Positions 49,232-59,756 of a stretch of 64,000 nt of DNA are shown piece by piece (the first letter of the stretch is position 1; each line of letters begins with the position of its first letter). The DNA comes from Nitrospirota bacterium (lineage in GTDB: Bacteria > Nitrospirota > UBA9217): assembly GCA_963840455.1 (NCBI GenBank), contig CAWIYV010000009.1, forward strand, positions 376,712 through 440,711. Reading direction: 5' to 3'. The translations under genes were made by a program, and so were the position numbers. The notes under the pieces were generated by a model, which had not been told where the DNA came from, made no database searches, and worked only from the letters and a program-made list of their open reading frames with translations.

Positions 49232-51316
49232 ATGGCGATGAATCTCACCGCGGCCAGACGAAGGGTGTTCCTGTATCTCGCGGCAGGAGGCATATTCCTC
49301 TATGCGGCGATATTTTCCTGCGTCTATCTGCTGATCCTGTTCCAGGCCGCCAATCCTGAACCTCACCCCGAGATCTATTTCGCCCTGGCCCTTGCGGCCT
49401 GCATCACGTCCGCGATCATATTTGTCCTGTTCATCGTCCTGCGCAAACTTGTTTTCAGACCGCTCGAGATCCTCGATCGTGAAGCCCGCATTATCGCAAG
49501 TATCAATCCGGGACATGTGATCGAGTTGCCCGGCGATCATCTTCTCGGAGAGCTCCCGAAAGCGATCAGCGATCTTGGAGAAGCTTTCATGAGGGCAAAA
49601 CGCGAAACCGCTGAAGCGGCTTCGGTGATCTCCAGCGAAATCGAAAACAGCAAGATCCACCTGGAGACCATCCTCATGACACTGAGGGAGGGGATCATCG
49701 TTTGCGACGAGCGCGCACGCATCATGTTCTACAATGCAGCTGCACGCGCCGTATTTTATGAGAACACCTCCCTGGGGCTCGGACGTTCGCTCTACCTTCT
49801 GTGCATGGCGGCGCCAATAGAGAACGCCCTGGCGCTCCTGAGGCAGCGGAGGACCCGCCACCCGGAAGGACACGACACGGAGAACGACATATCGTTTATG
49901 TGCTCCACGCTGCAGGGCGCGCTCATCAACTGCCGCATACACCTGCTTCCGATCGTGCCGGGGGTATCGTGGTCCTTTCTGTTCTCCTGTGAGGACCTCA
50001 GCCGGGAAGCCGGCGCCCGGGAACGCAGAGAAAATCTCCTGAGCATGACGATCAAGAGCATGCGCGGACCCCTGACCAGTCTGGGCCTGAGCGTGGAAAG
50101 CCTCGAAATGCTGCCTGATCTGGATGCCGTGAACCGCGCTGCACTGGAGCGCACCATCGTGAGTGATGCCCGCAGCCTTATCGGGCAGTTTACGGTGCTT
50201 GCACGCGAGATCCAGGAACGGGAATCCCCGCGATACCTGGTTAACGACGTCTTTTCAGAGGACCTCGCGGCCTGTGTCGCCAGGCGGCTCGAGGAAAGGA
50301 AGATACGCCTTACCATGATCGGCGCCCCCTTATGGGTGAAGGCCGACATACACTCGCTGCTGTTCCTGCTCGAGTTCTTTGCATTGAAGCTCCACGAGCA
50401 CAGTGGCGTCGATGTGCTTGAGCTGGAAACGCTCCTTGGCGACCGGCACGTCTATTTCAACTATTACTGGGAGGGTGTCGAGGTGCCCCAGGCAGAGATA
50501 GGGAAATGGATGTCCAGTTTTCGGGAGCCTTCTGCAGCGCACACCGTTGGTGAGGTGCTCGAACATATCGGCAGCGAGGTCTGGAGCAAACCGCATCAGA
50601 CGCCAGGCTTCGCCGTATTGTGTTTTCCCGTGCCATCATCGACCAGCCAGTGGGCGCCGCCGGCGACCCTCCTGCCGGCGAGGCCCGTCTATACAGACTT
50701 CGTCGCGGACGAGGACGCGGCAGAGACGGCTCGCCTGAAGGACCTCTCCCTAGACAGCCTGTCGTTCGTGGTGTTCGATACGGAAACGACGGGCCTCGCC
50801 CCTATGGAAGGCGACGAGATCATTTCCCTGGCCGGAGTCAAGATAGTCAATATGGGCATCATTGTCGGTGAGACCTTCGACCGGCTGGTGGATCCGCGAC
50901 GGAGCATCCCTCAGCCCTCGATCCGTTTTCACGGGATCACCGATGCAATGGTCGGGGGCAAGCCGCATATAGAGGAAACGCTCCGGGCGTTCCATGCCTT
51001 TGTCGGGGATTCCGTGCTGGTCGGCCATAACGCGGCATTTGATATGCGCTTCCTGCGCATCAAGGAAGGCCGCGCCGGCGTGCATTTCAGGGGTCCGGCG
51101 CTTGATACGCTGGGTCTGTCCCGGTACCTGCACGATCATACCCCCGAGCACTCTCTGGACGCGGTCGCCAAGCGCCTGGGTGTGGAGGTCAGGGACCGGC
51201 ACACGGCCCTCGGGGATTCACTGATCACGGCCCAGATCTTCATAAAATTGCTGTATCTCCTGAAAACACAGGGGATCACGACCTTGGGCCGGACGCTGGA
51301 GGTTTCGCGGCAATGA
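49232..51316 (+). CDS. Membrane PAS protein with C-terminal DEDDh (DnaQ-like) exonuclease
   Basis: Two TM segments; PAS; degenerate kinase-like segment; VFDTETTG, VGHNAAFD, RHTALGD. Confidence 0.85.
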   Translation: MAMNLTAARRRVFLYLAAGGIFLYAAIFSCVYLLILFQAANPEPHPEIYFALALAACITSAIIFVLFIVLRKLVFRPLEILDREARIIASINPGHVIELPGDHLLGELPKAISDLGEAFMRAKRETAEAASVISSEIENSKIHLETILMTLREGIIVCDERARIMFYNAAARAVFYENTSLGLGRSLYLLCMAAPIENALALLRQRRTRHPEGHDTENDISFMCSTLQGALINCRIHLLPIVPGVSWSFLFSCEDLSREAGARERRENLLSMTIKSMRGPLTSLGLSVESLEMLPDLDAVNRAALERTIVSDARSLIGQFTVLAREIQERESPRYLVNDVFSEDLAACVARRLEERKIRLTMIGAPLWVKADIHSLLFLLEFFALKLHEHSGVDVLELETLLGDRHVYFNYYWEGVEVPQAEIGKWMSSFREPSAAHTVGEVLEHIGSEVWSKPHQTPGFAVLCFPVPSSTSQWAPPATLLPARPVYTDFVADEDAAETARLKDLSLDSLSFVVFDTETTGLAPMEGDEIISLAGVKIVNMGIIVGETFDRLVDPRRSIPQPSIRFHGITDAMVGGKPHIEETLRAFHAFVGDSVLVGHNAAFDMRFLRIKEGRAGVHFRGPALDTLGLSRYLHDHTPEHSLDAVAKRLGVEVRDRHTALGDSLITAQIFIKLLYLLKTQGITTLGRTLEVSRQ

Positions 51317-51597
51317 TGGACACTAAGGACACAGTCACCCGTCCTCATGGCGAAGGCAGGACCGTCCCTGGTGCGAAACGCCGGGGGGAACGGCTCATCG
51401 GCCTTCTCATAGCCGGGGCAGTCCTCCTGAATTTCCCTTTGCTGTCCGTTTTCAGCGTGGACAGACTGGTCTTCGGAATCCCGGTCCTGTATCTGTATCT
51501 CTTTTCGGTCTGGGGCCTGATCATCTGCGTCAAAGCGCTGATACTCCGCGGCCGTCCGGCAGAACCGGCCGTAGACAAGCCGGAGGCCAAGAAATAG
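51313..51597 (+). CDS. Small membrane protein accompanying the SLC5-fused kinase
   Basis: LLNFPLL.VF....VFGIPVLYLYLF.VW. Confidence 0.75.
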   Translation: MMDTKDTVTRPHGEGRTVPGAKRRGERLIGLLIAGAVLLNFPLLSVFSVDRLVFGIPVLYLYLFSVWGLIICVKALILRGRPAEPAVDKPEAKK

Positions 51598-51601
51598 TAC
51601 T

Positions 51602-54319
51602 ATGCTTCAGCAATGGGTCATATTGGTCGTTTCCTTCGGCTATCTGAGCCTCCTCTTCGCCGTGGCGTACTATGGGGACAAACGCGCGGACGCCGGCAGG
51701 TCCATCATCAGCAACCCGTACATCTATACATTCTCCATTGCCGTGTATTGCACCGGCTGGACGTTCTACGGCAGCGTCGGCCGAGCAGCGGCCACGGGCG
51801 TAGGATTCCTGCCCGTCTATCTGGGGCCCACGCTTGCCGCGACCGTATGGTGGCTGGTGCTTCGCAAGATCATTCACCTGAGCAAGGCCAATAACATCAC
51901 GAGCATCGCCGACTTCATCGCGTCCCGCTACGGCAAGAGCGCGGTGATCGGCGGTCTGGTGACCGTGATCTCGATCGTGGGCATCATGCCCTACATCGCG
52001 CTCCAGCTGAAGGCCATTTCCACGAGCTTCAACGTTCTTTTCAATTATCACCCCGCGACCGCGGGCGGGCCCGGCTTCATCCACGACACGGCACTGTATA
52101 TCGCGATCGTCCTTGCCTTATTCTCGATCCTGTTTGGCACACGACATGTTGACGTTACGGAGCGGCACGAGGGTATGGTGACGGCCATAGCCTTTGAATC
52201 CATCGTGAAGCTCGTTGCCTTTTCAGCGGTCGGGATCTTCGTGACGTTCACGATGTTCGACGGGCCCGCGAACTTGTTCAGGTACGCTGCCGAGGCGCCG
52301 GAGACTGCGCATCTGATGAGCATGGATTCGCTGCCCGGAGGCTACGCTTCATGGCTGGCGCTGACCTTCATATCGATGACAGCCATCCTGTTCCTGCCGA
52401 GGCAATTTCAGATCCTGGTCGTCGAGAACGTGAACGAAGAGCATGTGCGCACGGCCTCGTGGCTGTTCCCGGTTTACCTTCTTGCGATAAACCTGTTCGT
52501 CCTTCCCATTGCTCTTGGCGGACTGATGTTCTTCAGGGTAGGTTCGGTGGACGCGGACATGTTCGTCCTGACGCTTCCCCTGAAGGCCGACGAAGAGGCG
52601 TTGGCCCTGTTTGTGTTCATCGGCGGCCTGTCCGCGGCCACGGGCATGGTCATTGTCGAGACGATCGCGCTTTCCACGATGTTCTGCAACGACCTGCTGA
52701 TGCCTGTCCTCTTACGGCTTAAGCTCTTGCGCCAGGACGATATGGGCAAGCTGCTGCTGGTCATGCGGCGCGGCGGTATCCTGCTGATCCTCCTGCTCGG
52801 GTATCTCTATTTCCGGCTCATCGGCGAATCCTACGCCCTGGTCTCCATCGGCCTTGTCTCGTTTGCTGCCGCGGCCCAGTTCGCTCCTGCCATTTTACTG
52901 GGGATATACTGGAAAGGGGCGAGCAGGCTCGGCGCTCTGGCCGGGCTGTCGGGCGGTTTTTTTGTATGGGCCTATACGCTCCTGCTGCCTTCCTTTGCGC
53001 GCTCAGGATGGATCGCAATGTCGTTCGTGGAGCCTGGTCCATTCGGCATCTCGGCTCTCGGCCCCTATCATCTCTTCGACCTCACGGTCTTTGACCCGAT
53101 CACGCACTCGGTGTTCTGGAGCATGCTGGTCAATATCGGCCTCCTCGTGGGCGTCTCCTTGTTCAGCCGCCAGGAGGCGCTCGAACAGCTGCAGGCGGCA
53201 ATGTTCGTTGATGTCTATAAAAAGCGGGCCATGGGTGCCGGAGACGCCCGTCTCTGGCATGGAAGGACGCAGGTGAGCGACCTGAAAGGTCTCATGGCCC
53301 GCATGATCGGAGCGGACCGGGCCGAGGAGGCATTTCTCTCGTATACCTCCACGCACCCGATCGAACTCCACGACGATACCCTGGCGGACGAGAGCCTTGT
53401 CGCATTCATGGAACGTGAGCTTGCCGGCACGGTCGGGGCGGCGTCCGCGCGGGTGATGGTTTCCTCGATCATTGAAGGGGAGGCCTTGAGCATTGACGGG
53501 CTGATGAAGATCCTCGATGAGACGTCCCAGGTCATCGAGTACAGCCACAGGCTCGAGCAGAAGTCCCGCGAACTTGAGGCGGCGACCCGTGAATTGAAGC
53601 GCACCAATGAACGCTTGAAGGAGCTTGATCGCATGAAGGACGAGTTCGTGTCGACCATCAGCCACGAGCTTCGCACGCCCCTGACATCGATCCGCGCCTT
53701 TTCCGAGATACTCCAGGATGACGAGGACATGGAACCTCAGCAGCGGCAGCAGCTCTTGCGGATCGTCGTCAAGGAAACCGAGCGTCTGACACGCCTCGTC
53801 AATCAGGTGCTGGATTTTACCAAGATCGAGTCCGGCGCTTACCAGTGGGCCCGCGAGAAGCTGGATCTGGCAAGCGTCATGCGCGAGGCCTTGGCCGCCA
53901 CCAGTCAGCTGTCGCAGAACAGGAACATGACCATTACGCAGGAGGCGCCGGACACTCCCGTCATGGTATTCGGAGACAAGGACAGGCTTGTACAGGTCGT
54001 CATCAATCTTCTATCGAATGCGATAAAATACTGCGAACCCGGCAGAGGGCGTGTCCACCTGATGCTTTCCCATAAAACTAGTGAAGCAAAGCTCGAGGTG
54101 ATCGACAATGGCCCCGGTATTGAGCCTGGTGAACGCGAGCTCATTTTTGAAAAATTCCATCAGTTCAGGGATTCCGCTAAGGGCAAACCTCAAGGTACGG
54201 GTCTGGGCCTTGCGATCTGCAAAACGATCATTGAAAATCACAGAGGCCGCATATGGGTGGAGAGCAATCAATGGAACGGCTCAAGCTTTATTTTCACGAT
54301 TCCCACGATGAACAGCTGA
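51602..54319 (+). CDS. Sodium:solute symporter-fused histidine kinase (CrbS/CbrA/PrlS-like)
   Basis: AVYCTGWTFYGSVG, PYIALQLKA, LPRQFQ, LAG.VGAASAR, SHELRTPLTSI, GTGLGL. Confidence 0.92.
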   Translation: MLQQWVILVVSFGYLSLLFAVAYYGDKRADAGRSIISNPYIYTFSIAVYCTGWTFYGSVGRAAATGVGFLPVYLGPTLAATVWWLVLRKIIHLSKANNITSIADFIASRYGKSAVIGGLVTVISIVGIMPYIALQLKAISTSFNVLFNYHPATAGGPGFIHDTALYIAIVLALFSILFGTRHVDVTERHEGMVTAIAFESIVKLVAFSAVGIFVTFTMFDGPANLFRYAAEAPETAHLMSMDSLPGGYASWLALTFISMTAILFLPRQFQILVVENVNEEHVRTASWLFPVYLLAINLFVLPIALGGLMFFRVGSVDADMFVLTLPLKADEEALALFVFIGGLSAATGMVIVETIALSTMFCNDLLMPVLLRLKLLRQDDMGKLLLVMRRGGILLILLLGYLYFRLIGESYALVSIGLVSFAAAAQFAPAILLGIYWKGASRLGALAGLSGGFFVWAYTLLLPSFARSGWIAMSFVEPGPFGISALGPYHLFDLTVFDPITHSVFWSMLVNIGLLVGVSLFSRQEALEQLQAAMFVDVYKKRAMGAGDARLWHGRTQVSDLKGLMARMIGADRAEEAFLSYTSTHPIELHDDTLADESLVAFMERELAGTVGAASARVMVSSIIEGEALSIDGLMKILDETSQVIEYSHRLEQKSRELEAATRELKRTNERLKELDRMKDEFVSTISHELRTPLTSIRAFSEILQDDEDMEPQQRQQLLRIVVKETERLTRLVNQVLDFTKIESGAYQWAREKLDLASVMREALAATSQLSQNRNMTITQEAPDTPVMVFGDKDRLVQVVINLLSNAIKYCEPGRGRVHLMLSHKTSEAKLEVIDNGPGIEPGERELIFEKFHQFRDSAKGKPQGTGLGLAICKTIIENHRGRIWVESNQWNGSSFIFTIPTMNS

Positions 54320-54435
54320 TCTTTCCTGCCATGCAGCGACAAACAAACGTGTTAGGAACCTTGAAGATCTGCTTTCATGTCATAAGAGATCCGACATCAT
54401 TCTACTTCGTTAAATGCTGGTGGAGGTGATTATCA

Positions 54436-54954
54436 ATGGCTGACCTGTTGAAGGGAGACCTGGTGCGTCACGATCGGTTCGGCGTCGGTCGCGTGGAAGA
54501 GATAACAAAGGGCGGCGGACCGGACTGCGAGGTCTTTTTCCCGCGGCTGGACAAGCAGACCCTGGTCGATGTCGATGACCTGCAGCCGCTGTCCGATGCC
54601 GAGGCAGCGGCCTATGAGATGGTGAAGCTCGCAGCGCGCGAGCTGCGCGAGGCGGAGCTGCCGGCGATCGAGCTCGGCAGCCGGTGGCAGGGCGGGGAGC
54701 TCGTTCTGAAGCCGGCGGATGCTGGACAGGCAGCAAAGTCCGTTCCCATCGAGTCCTTCTTCCACAAGATCGTGATGGTCCGCGACCGTCTGCGGGTCAT
54801 GGAAGCGCAGATCAACGGCCACAAGAAGCTGACCGACGAGGAGAAGGTGGATTTGCAGCAGTACATTACCCGCATCTACGGCTCCCTGACCACGTTCAAC
54901 ATCCTGTTCAAGGACAGGATGGACCATTTCGTGGGGCAGAAGGGAGAGGGGTAG
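54436..54954 (+). CDS. Hypothetical protein
   Basis: GGAGGT RBS; VRH.RFGVG N-terminus; FFHKIVMVRDRLRVME...YGSLTTFN. Confidence 0.8.
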   Translation: MADLLKGDLVRHDRFGVGRVEEITKGGGPDCEVFFPRLDKQTLVDVDDLQPLSDAEAAAYEMVKLAARELREAELPAIELGSRWQGGELVLKPADAGQAAKSVPIESFFHKIVMVRDRLRVMEAQINGHKKLTDEEKVDLQQYITRIYGSLTTFNILFKDRMDHFVGQKGEG

Positions 54955-55211
54955 GATGGAAATAAAGGGTCGATCTTGGGCGGTCGAGAGGGGAATGTCA
55001 CGCCGCAAGACCCGGCCTTCAGGGACCTTTTTCGTGATGATGCCAGCGTTCCGGATGGGAAGACGAAAATAGAGCGGAGACCTCCATTCCCGTTGACGTT
55101 CGTTCCAGAAAGTTGCCCCGATCCCTGGCGGTACTTACCGTAGGGTGCTATAATAATTACCAGGAAGCATACCGGAAATGGAAGCTTGAGCGAACTGACC
55201 AGGGGGATCAT

Positions 55212-55581
55212 CATGAGGCTGACAGACGCTGCTTTGGCCCGGGATAAGCGTCAGCATAAGCGTTTCAAAGTGCGGCATGAAGGCCTGATCGGCAGACTGG
55301 ATGAAGACCATCTCGTGGATATCATCGACCTGAGCGTTGGCGGCGTCGGCATGAAGACCGGCAGCAGGCTCGTCGTCGGCAGGGAATATTTCATGCGGCT
55401 GCATGATCGGAGGAAAAGCCTCGATGTGCGGGGTACGGTCGTCCGGTCCCGGATCGTGGAGACCAAACAGGTTCTGTTCGGGCAGCGGAGGCCGGTCTAC
55501 GCTTCGGCCATGCGGCTTCAAGAAGGATTGGAAGACCGGGTCGTAGATTTTATCTGTGATGCTCTGCTGGTGTCAGGCTGA
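55212..55581 (+). CDS. PilZ-domain protein
   Basis: KRQHKRF (RxxxR) and DLSVGG (D/NxSxxG). Start approximate. Confidence 0.8.
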
Positions 55582-55920
55582 AGGGATGGCCCTGAGAGCG
55601 GGCAAATCATGAACAGCTGAGTACGCTGATCGAAGCTGATCTATCCCGCCAATGAAGATCTCCCTGTGCGGCAGTACCCTATGATGCTTGTGATCCTATC
55701 CCGACCTGTAATCCCTGCCGCTGCAACCATGATCATGCGATAACATTCCCCGGGGAGTCCCTGCGCTGCTGAGCATTCCTTGACGTGAACTAGCACCCTG
55801 ACGCTGGGAACAGATGAGCACTGGTCTTGTTTGAACTTTTCCGAATTCTTCCTTATTGACGTGCTGCCTTCTATTGCTTTCCGAAGAGGGTGAAAGAACT
55901 GGAATGAACTGGAGGTCCCC

Positions 55921-56589
55921 ATGCTCTCCGTGCAAAACGCTTTGAACAATCGCAGAACGACACGCGCCTTCAAACCTGACCGGATCAACCGCGACAGCAT
56001 CATGAAGGTCCTCGAACCTGCGCTTGCCGCGCCGTCGTGGGCCAATACCCAGCCCTGGGAGATCTTCGTGGCTGCAGGCGAGCCCCTCGAGCGGATCCGG
56101 CGGGGCTATGCCAAGATGCTCAAGGACTGCGTTCCGCGGAATCCGGACATTGCCATGCCCAAAGAATGGCCAGATGCATGTCGCAGCCGTATGGAGGCGC
56201 TCAAGGCTGAAAGGACAGAGGTCCTGGAGCAGGCGTGCAAGCCTGGTGACGGGCTGCCTGACCTGATGCAGATGAACTACAAGCTCTTTGGCGCACCTGT
56301 TGTCGTCTACCTCTGCATGGACCGCTGCCTCACGCCCTGGTCCATGTTCGATCTCGGCGCCATCAGCCAGAGCATCATGCTCTCGGCAGAGGAGCAGGGG
56401 ATCGGCTCGGCGGTCGCCGTCACACTGGCTGCCCATCCCGACATCATCCACAGGGAGCTGTCCATCCCCGACCAGCTTGCGATCGTCATCGGCATCGCTC
56501 TGGGTCTGCCTGATCCGGACAGTCCGCAGAACAAGTTCCGGAGCACGAGGAGGAGTTTGGGGGAGGTTGTGAGGTTTGTAGGGGTTTAG
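55921..56589 (+). CDS. Nitroreductase family protein
   Basis: RRTTRAF, APSWANTQPW, FGAP, GIALG; GGAGGT RBS. Confidence 0.92.
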   Translation: MLSVQNALNNRRTTRAFKPDRINRDSIMKVLEPALAAPSWANTQPWEIFVAAGEPLERIRRGYAKMLKDCVPRNPDIAMPKEWPDACRSRMEALKAERTEVLEQACKPGDGLPDLMQMNYKLFGAPVVVYLCMDRCLTPWSMFDLGAISQSIMLSAEEQGIGSAVAVTLAAHPDIIHRELSIPDQLAIVIGIALGLPDPDSPQNKFRSTRRSLGEVVRFVGV

Positions 56590-56810
56590 CTATGCGGGAT
56601 TTTCAGGAGCAAAAAGTTGACCCCGAAATGGCCCTTGAAGGCCTATCCGGCCGCAGTGATCGGCCTCGCGCGATGCGGCGACCACTAATACCAGACCCGG
56701 GCACCTCTGGTTAATGAAGACGCGGCACAGCGCTTGCCTGCTCAAATGATCATGATGGCCGCGCTGCAGAGCAACGGGAGGCGACGAAGATTAGCGGGAT
56801 CGATGATGCT

Positions 56811-57851
56811 GTGGACCAACAGACGGTGCGCAGGGTACGAAGAGGACTGGAACGCTCTTATGCCCTGGCGATCGAGCGGAAATACGAGCTCCGCATTGGT
56901 ATCGACCAGGCGCGTGTCATCATTTTATCGGACCTTCACCGGGGCGTGCGGGACGCCGCCGACGATTTCCTGCGCTGCGAAATGGCGTACAGCGCGGCTC
57001 TGGGCTACTATCTGGAAGCCGGGTATACGCTCATCGTACTCGGCGACGCCGAAGAGCTCTGGGAGTGCAGGCCCGCGCCGGTCGTCGATGCCTATCGCGC
57101 GACGCTGCAGCTGGAGGCTGAGTTCCACAAGCAGTGCCGATATTACCGCATGTACGGCAATCACGACGATTTCTGGGAGCAGGAGTCGGGGATCAGAAAG
57201 CTCCTGGGCCCGATCTTCGGCGGCCCGCTCCCGGTCCGGGAGAGCCTGAGGATCCTGATTGAGGGAGCGCCGACCGACGCCTGCGAGTTCTTCCTGGTGC
57301 ACGGGCACCAGGGAGACTTTCTGAGCGACCAGGCCCGGACCGTGTCGAAGTTCTTCGTTCGCTATCTCTGGCGGCCCTTCCAGAGGTTCACGAAGATCAA
57401 GCTCACGACGCCGGCAACGGATTTCACGCTGCGGGACGAGCTCAGCTTCGCCATATATCGCTGGGCCGAGCAGAGGAAAGGCATGGTGATCATCGCAGGC
57501 CATACCCATCTGCCGGTGTTCGGGTCCAGGGACCATGCAAGCAGGATCAAAGAGCAGCTTGAAACGGCCCGGACGGCGGGCGACGGCGCGGAGGCGGCTG
57601 GGCTTCGGGCGCAGCTTGAATCGGCACGGGCAGCAACGCGGGAGCAGGGCGGCCGCGGGTTCTCCATGCAGCGGCCGAGCTACTTCAATACGGGCTGTTG
57701 CTCCTTCAGCGACGGCGATGTGACCGGCATCGAGATCGCCGACGGGATGATCAGGCTGGTGCGGTGGCCCGACGACGCGGGGGATCCCAGGGCCAAGGTC
57801 CTTCAAGAGGCGAGGGTCCTGGATGTGTTTACGGCTGTTACCGCAACGTAG
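56811..57851 (+). CDS. Metallophosphoesterase
   Basis: SDLHRG, LGDAEE, GNHD, VHGH, GHTH, NTG. Start uncertain. Confidence 0.85.
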   Translation: MDQQTVRRVRRGLERSYALAIERKYELRIGIDQARVIILSDLHRGVRDAADDFLRCEMAYSAALGYYLEAGYTLIVLGDAEELWECRPAPVVDAYRATLQLEAEFHKQCRYYRMYGNHDDFWEQESGIRKLLGPIFGGPLPVRESLRILIEGAPTDACEFFLVHGHQGDFLSDQARTVSKFFVRYLWRPFQRFTKIKLTTPATDFTLRDELSFAIYRWAEQRKGMVIIAGHTHLPVFGSRDHASRIKEQLETARTAGDGAEAAGLRAQLESARAATREQGGRGFSMQRPSYFNTGCCSFSDGDVTGIEIADGMIRLVRWPDDAGDPRAKVLQEARVLDVFTAVTAT

Positions 57852-58076
57852 GAACTCGATCAGGAATGACTTAATCACGAAGACATTGGGGGCGTTGTGT
57901 CCAAGGCGGACTAATCCTGACGACGATATCGACAAGTCAATTTGGGACACAACGTTCCCATATTTCTTCGGAGCAAGAATAAAGAGCTGGCCCTAAACGT
58001 TCGCTCAATGTTCGCGTCTGTTTTTACAATCGCAGAGTCTTCTGGTCGGCTTCATGTTTCCTTGGGAGGTGCATGC

Positions 58077-58463
58077 ATGGAACGGATGAGAATAACGGCT
58101 GTTGCTACCGGGTTTTGCGCGCTGGTCTTCTTGGCAGGGAATGCCTCGGCAGTGGGGCCCGGCAAGACCCTGACCTGGGCCGGAGGCAGCAAGGGAGCGG
58201 TCATGTTCGATGGGAACTATCACGCCGAGAAGGGCCACGGCTGCAAGGACTGCCATCACGGCCTGTTCAGCATGAAGTTCGGGACAGCCAAGATCACCAT
58301 GGCCGCGCTCAAGCAGGGCCAGTACTGCGGCGCCTGCCACAACGGCAATCTCGCCTTCAGCACCGATGACCAGCAGAAGTGTTTTGTGTGCCACAAGGGG
58401 AAAAAGAAGCTGCAGGATCGTAAGGAGCAAGAGGGAAAGAAGACGCATACGCAAGATGAATGA
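58077..58463 (+). CDS. c7-type triheme cytochrome c
   Basis: GGAGGT RBS; signal peptide; CKDCH, G.YCGACHNG..AF, CFVCH. Confidence 0.9.
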   Translation: MERMRITAVATGFCALVFLAGNASAVGPGKTLTWAGGSKGAVMFDGNYHAEKGHGCKDCHHGLFSMKFGTAKITMAALKQGQYCGACHNGNLAFSTDDQQKCFVCHKGKKKLQDRKEQEGKKTHTQDE

Positions 58464-58693
58464 GGAAAGGTGAGAAAGTAAGGCGAAGAAGTAGCAAGGC
58501 GGATAGGTTCTGCTACGGTATCGCGTATCATTATCTGCCGAATCCTACGGACCGGAACACCCGCGTCTTTGTCGGCAGTTATGATCTCCATCTCGTCATA
58601 GGCGATGGAGGCTGGAAGAGCGATACATTCAAATTCAATCTAAAATTCATCGACGGGAACAAGGACCTGGAAGGTTCATTGAAGCAGAATTAA
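58460..58693 (+). pseudogene. Probable C-terminal fragment of a SnoaL/NTF2-like protein
   Basis: FCYGIAYHY...VFVGSYDLHL...GGWK...FKFNLKF resembles the last strands of SnoaL-like folds. No N-terminal part is present. Confidence 0.45.
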
Positions 58694-58704
58694 GGAGGAA
58701 TAGC

Positions 58705-59118
58705 ATGCGAACCATGAATGCAGTGCTCGGCCTGCTGGTCGTGCTCGCGCTCTGCGGCATCCTGCGGACGACGCAGGCAGCTGCAGCGGACGACGTTACG
58801 CGGATCCCGAAGGAGGAGGCGAAGGCCCTGCTGGGTAAGCCGAACGTGGTCTTCCTCGATGCCCGGGTCGATAAGGCCTGGAAGGGGAGCAGCCGGAAGA
58901 TCCTGGGCGCGGTGCGGGTCGACTTGTTCGACCTCGAGACCCAGGCCGCGAACTACGGCAAGGATACGACATTCATCATCTACTGAACGTGAGCCAATGA
59001 AGGCACGAGCGTCCGGGTGGCGCTCAGGCTGATCGAGATGGGATACAAGAACGCCTATGCGCTGAAGGGCGGCTGGTGGGAATGGGTTGGTGCCGGCTAC
59101 CCAATGGAGTCCAAATGA
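58705..59118 (+). CDS. Exported rhodanese-like selenoprotein with U-T-U motif (predicted Sec94, Sec96)
   Basis: In-frame TGA at 58984 and 58990. Read-through gives IIY-U-T-U-ANEGTSVRVA...GYKNAYALKGGW.EW..AGYP.E. SECIS-like hairpin at 59007-59025. The final TGA overlaps the next ATG. Confidence 0.85.
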
Positions 59119-59636
59119 CGCGCTCCATGCTCGCCCTTGCGATCGCGTTCCTGCTGGCCTCGTCGCCTGTGGTCCTGACGGCAGCGGAGAAAGGGCAGGA
59201 GAAGGTCCTGCTGGTCCACGTGACCACGCTCCTGGACAGCGACCAGGATCGCACAGCGCTGGTCTTCCGCGTGGTCGCTGCCGGCCTCAAGAAGGGCAGA
59301 CACGTCATCCTGCTCTTCGACGCCCAAGGTGTTGCGTCGCTCAAGATCGGCAGATGGTACGGCGGGCACTCGACGCCCATCGACCGGGTCTTGATCTCCC
59401 CGCAGGACCGGAAGGACCTGGCAGCAATGCTTGGCACTGCTCCGGAGGAGATCCCGGACATCTACGGCAGCCTGCTTGCGTTCCTGAAGGGCAGGGGAGC
59501 GGTGGTCTGCGCGTCAAAACGGGCGCTTGAGATGGCTGGCCTCTGGCCGGACCGATTCGATCAGATCGCGGAGCCGGCAAGCGAGGAGCGCATGCTGGAG
59601 CTCCTCGGCCGGGCGAACGCATACCTTGCGTACTGA
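59115..59636 (+). CDS. Exported DsrE-family protein
   Basis: Signal peptide; LLVHVT...GLKKGRHVILLFDAQGV...GAVVCAS; ATGA overlap with the rhodanese gene. Confidence 0.75.
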   Translation: MTRSMLALAIAFLLASSPVVLTAAEKGQEKVLLVHVTTLLDSDQDRTALVFRVVAAGLKKGRHVILLFDAQGVASLKIGRWYGGHSTPIDRVLISPQDRKDLAAMLGTAPEEIPDIYGSLLAFLKGRGAVVCASKRALEMAGLWPDRFDQIAEPASEERMLELLGRANAYLAY

Positions 59637-59756
59637 CCGTTGAGGGAGCTTCAATGTGCAGGTATGTCAACGTGAAGACTCTGCTCCGAGAGATTTCGGC
59701 AAGTCGGACATAAACATGAAAGATTCGACTCTCGAGGAGCTATTGTGAGGTTTGGC

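Noticed and set aside
58461-58481. Sec read-through of the c7 cytochrome TGA
   Set aside because: Only five codons follow before TAA, with no motif completed and no hairpin.
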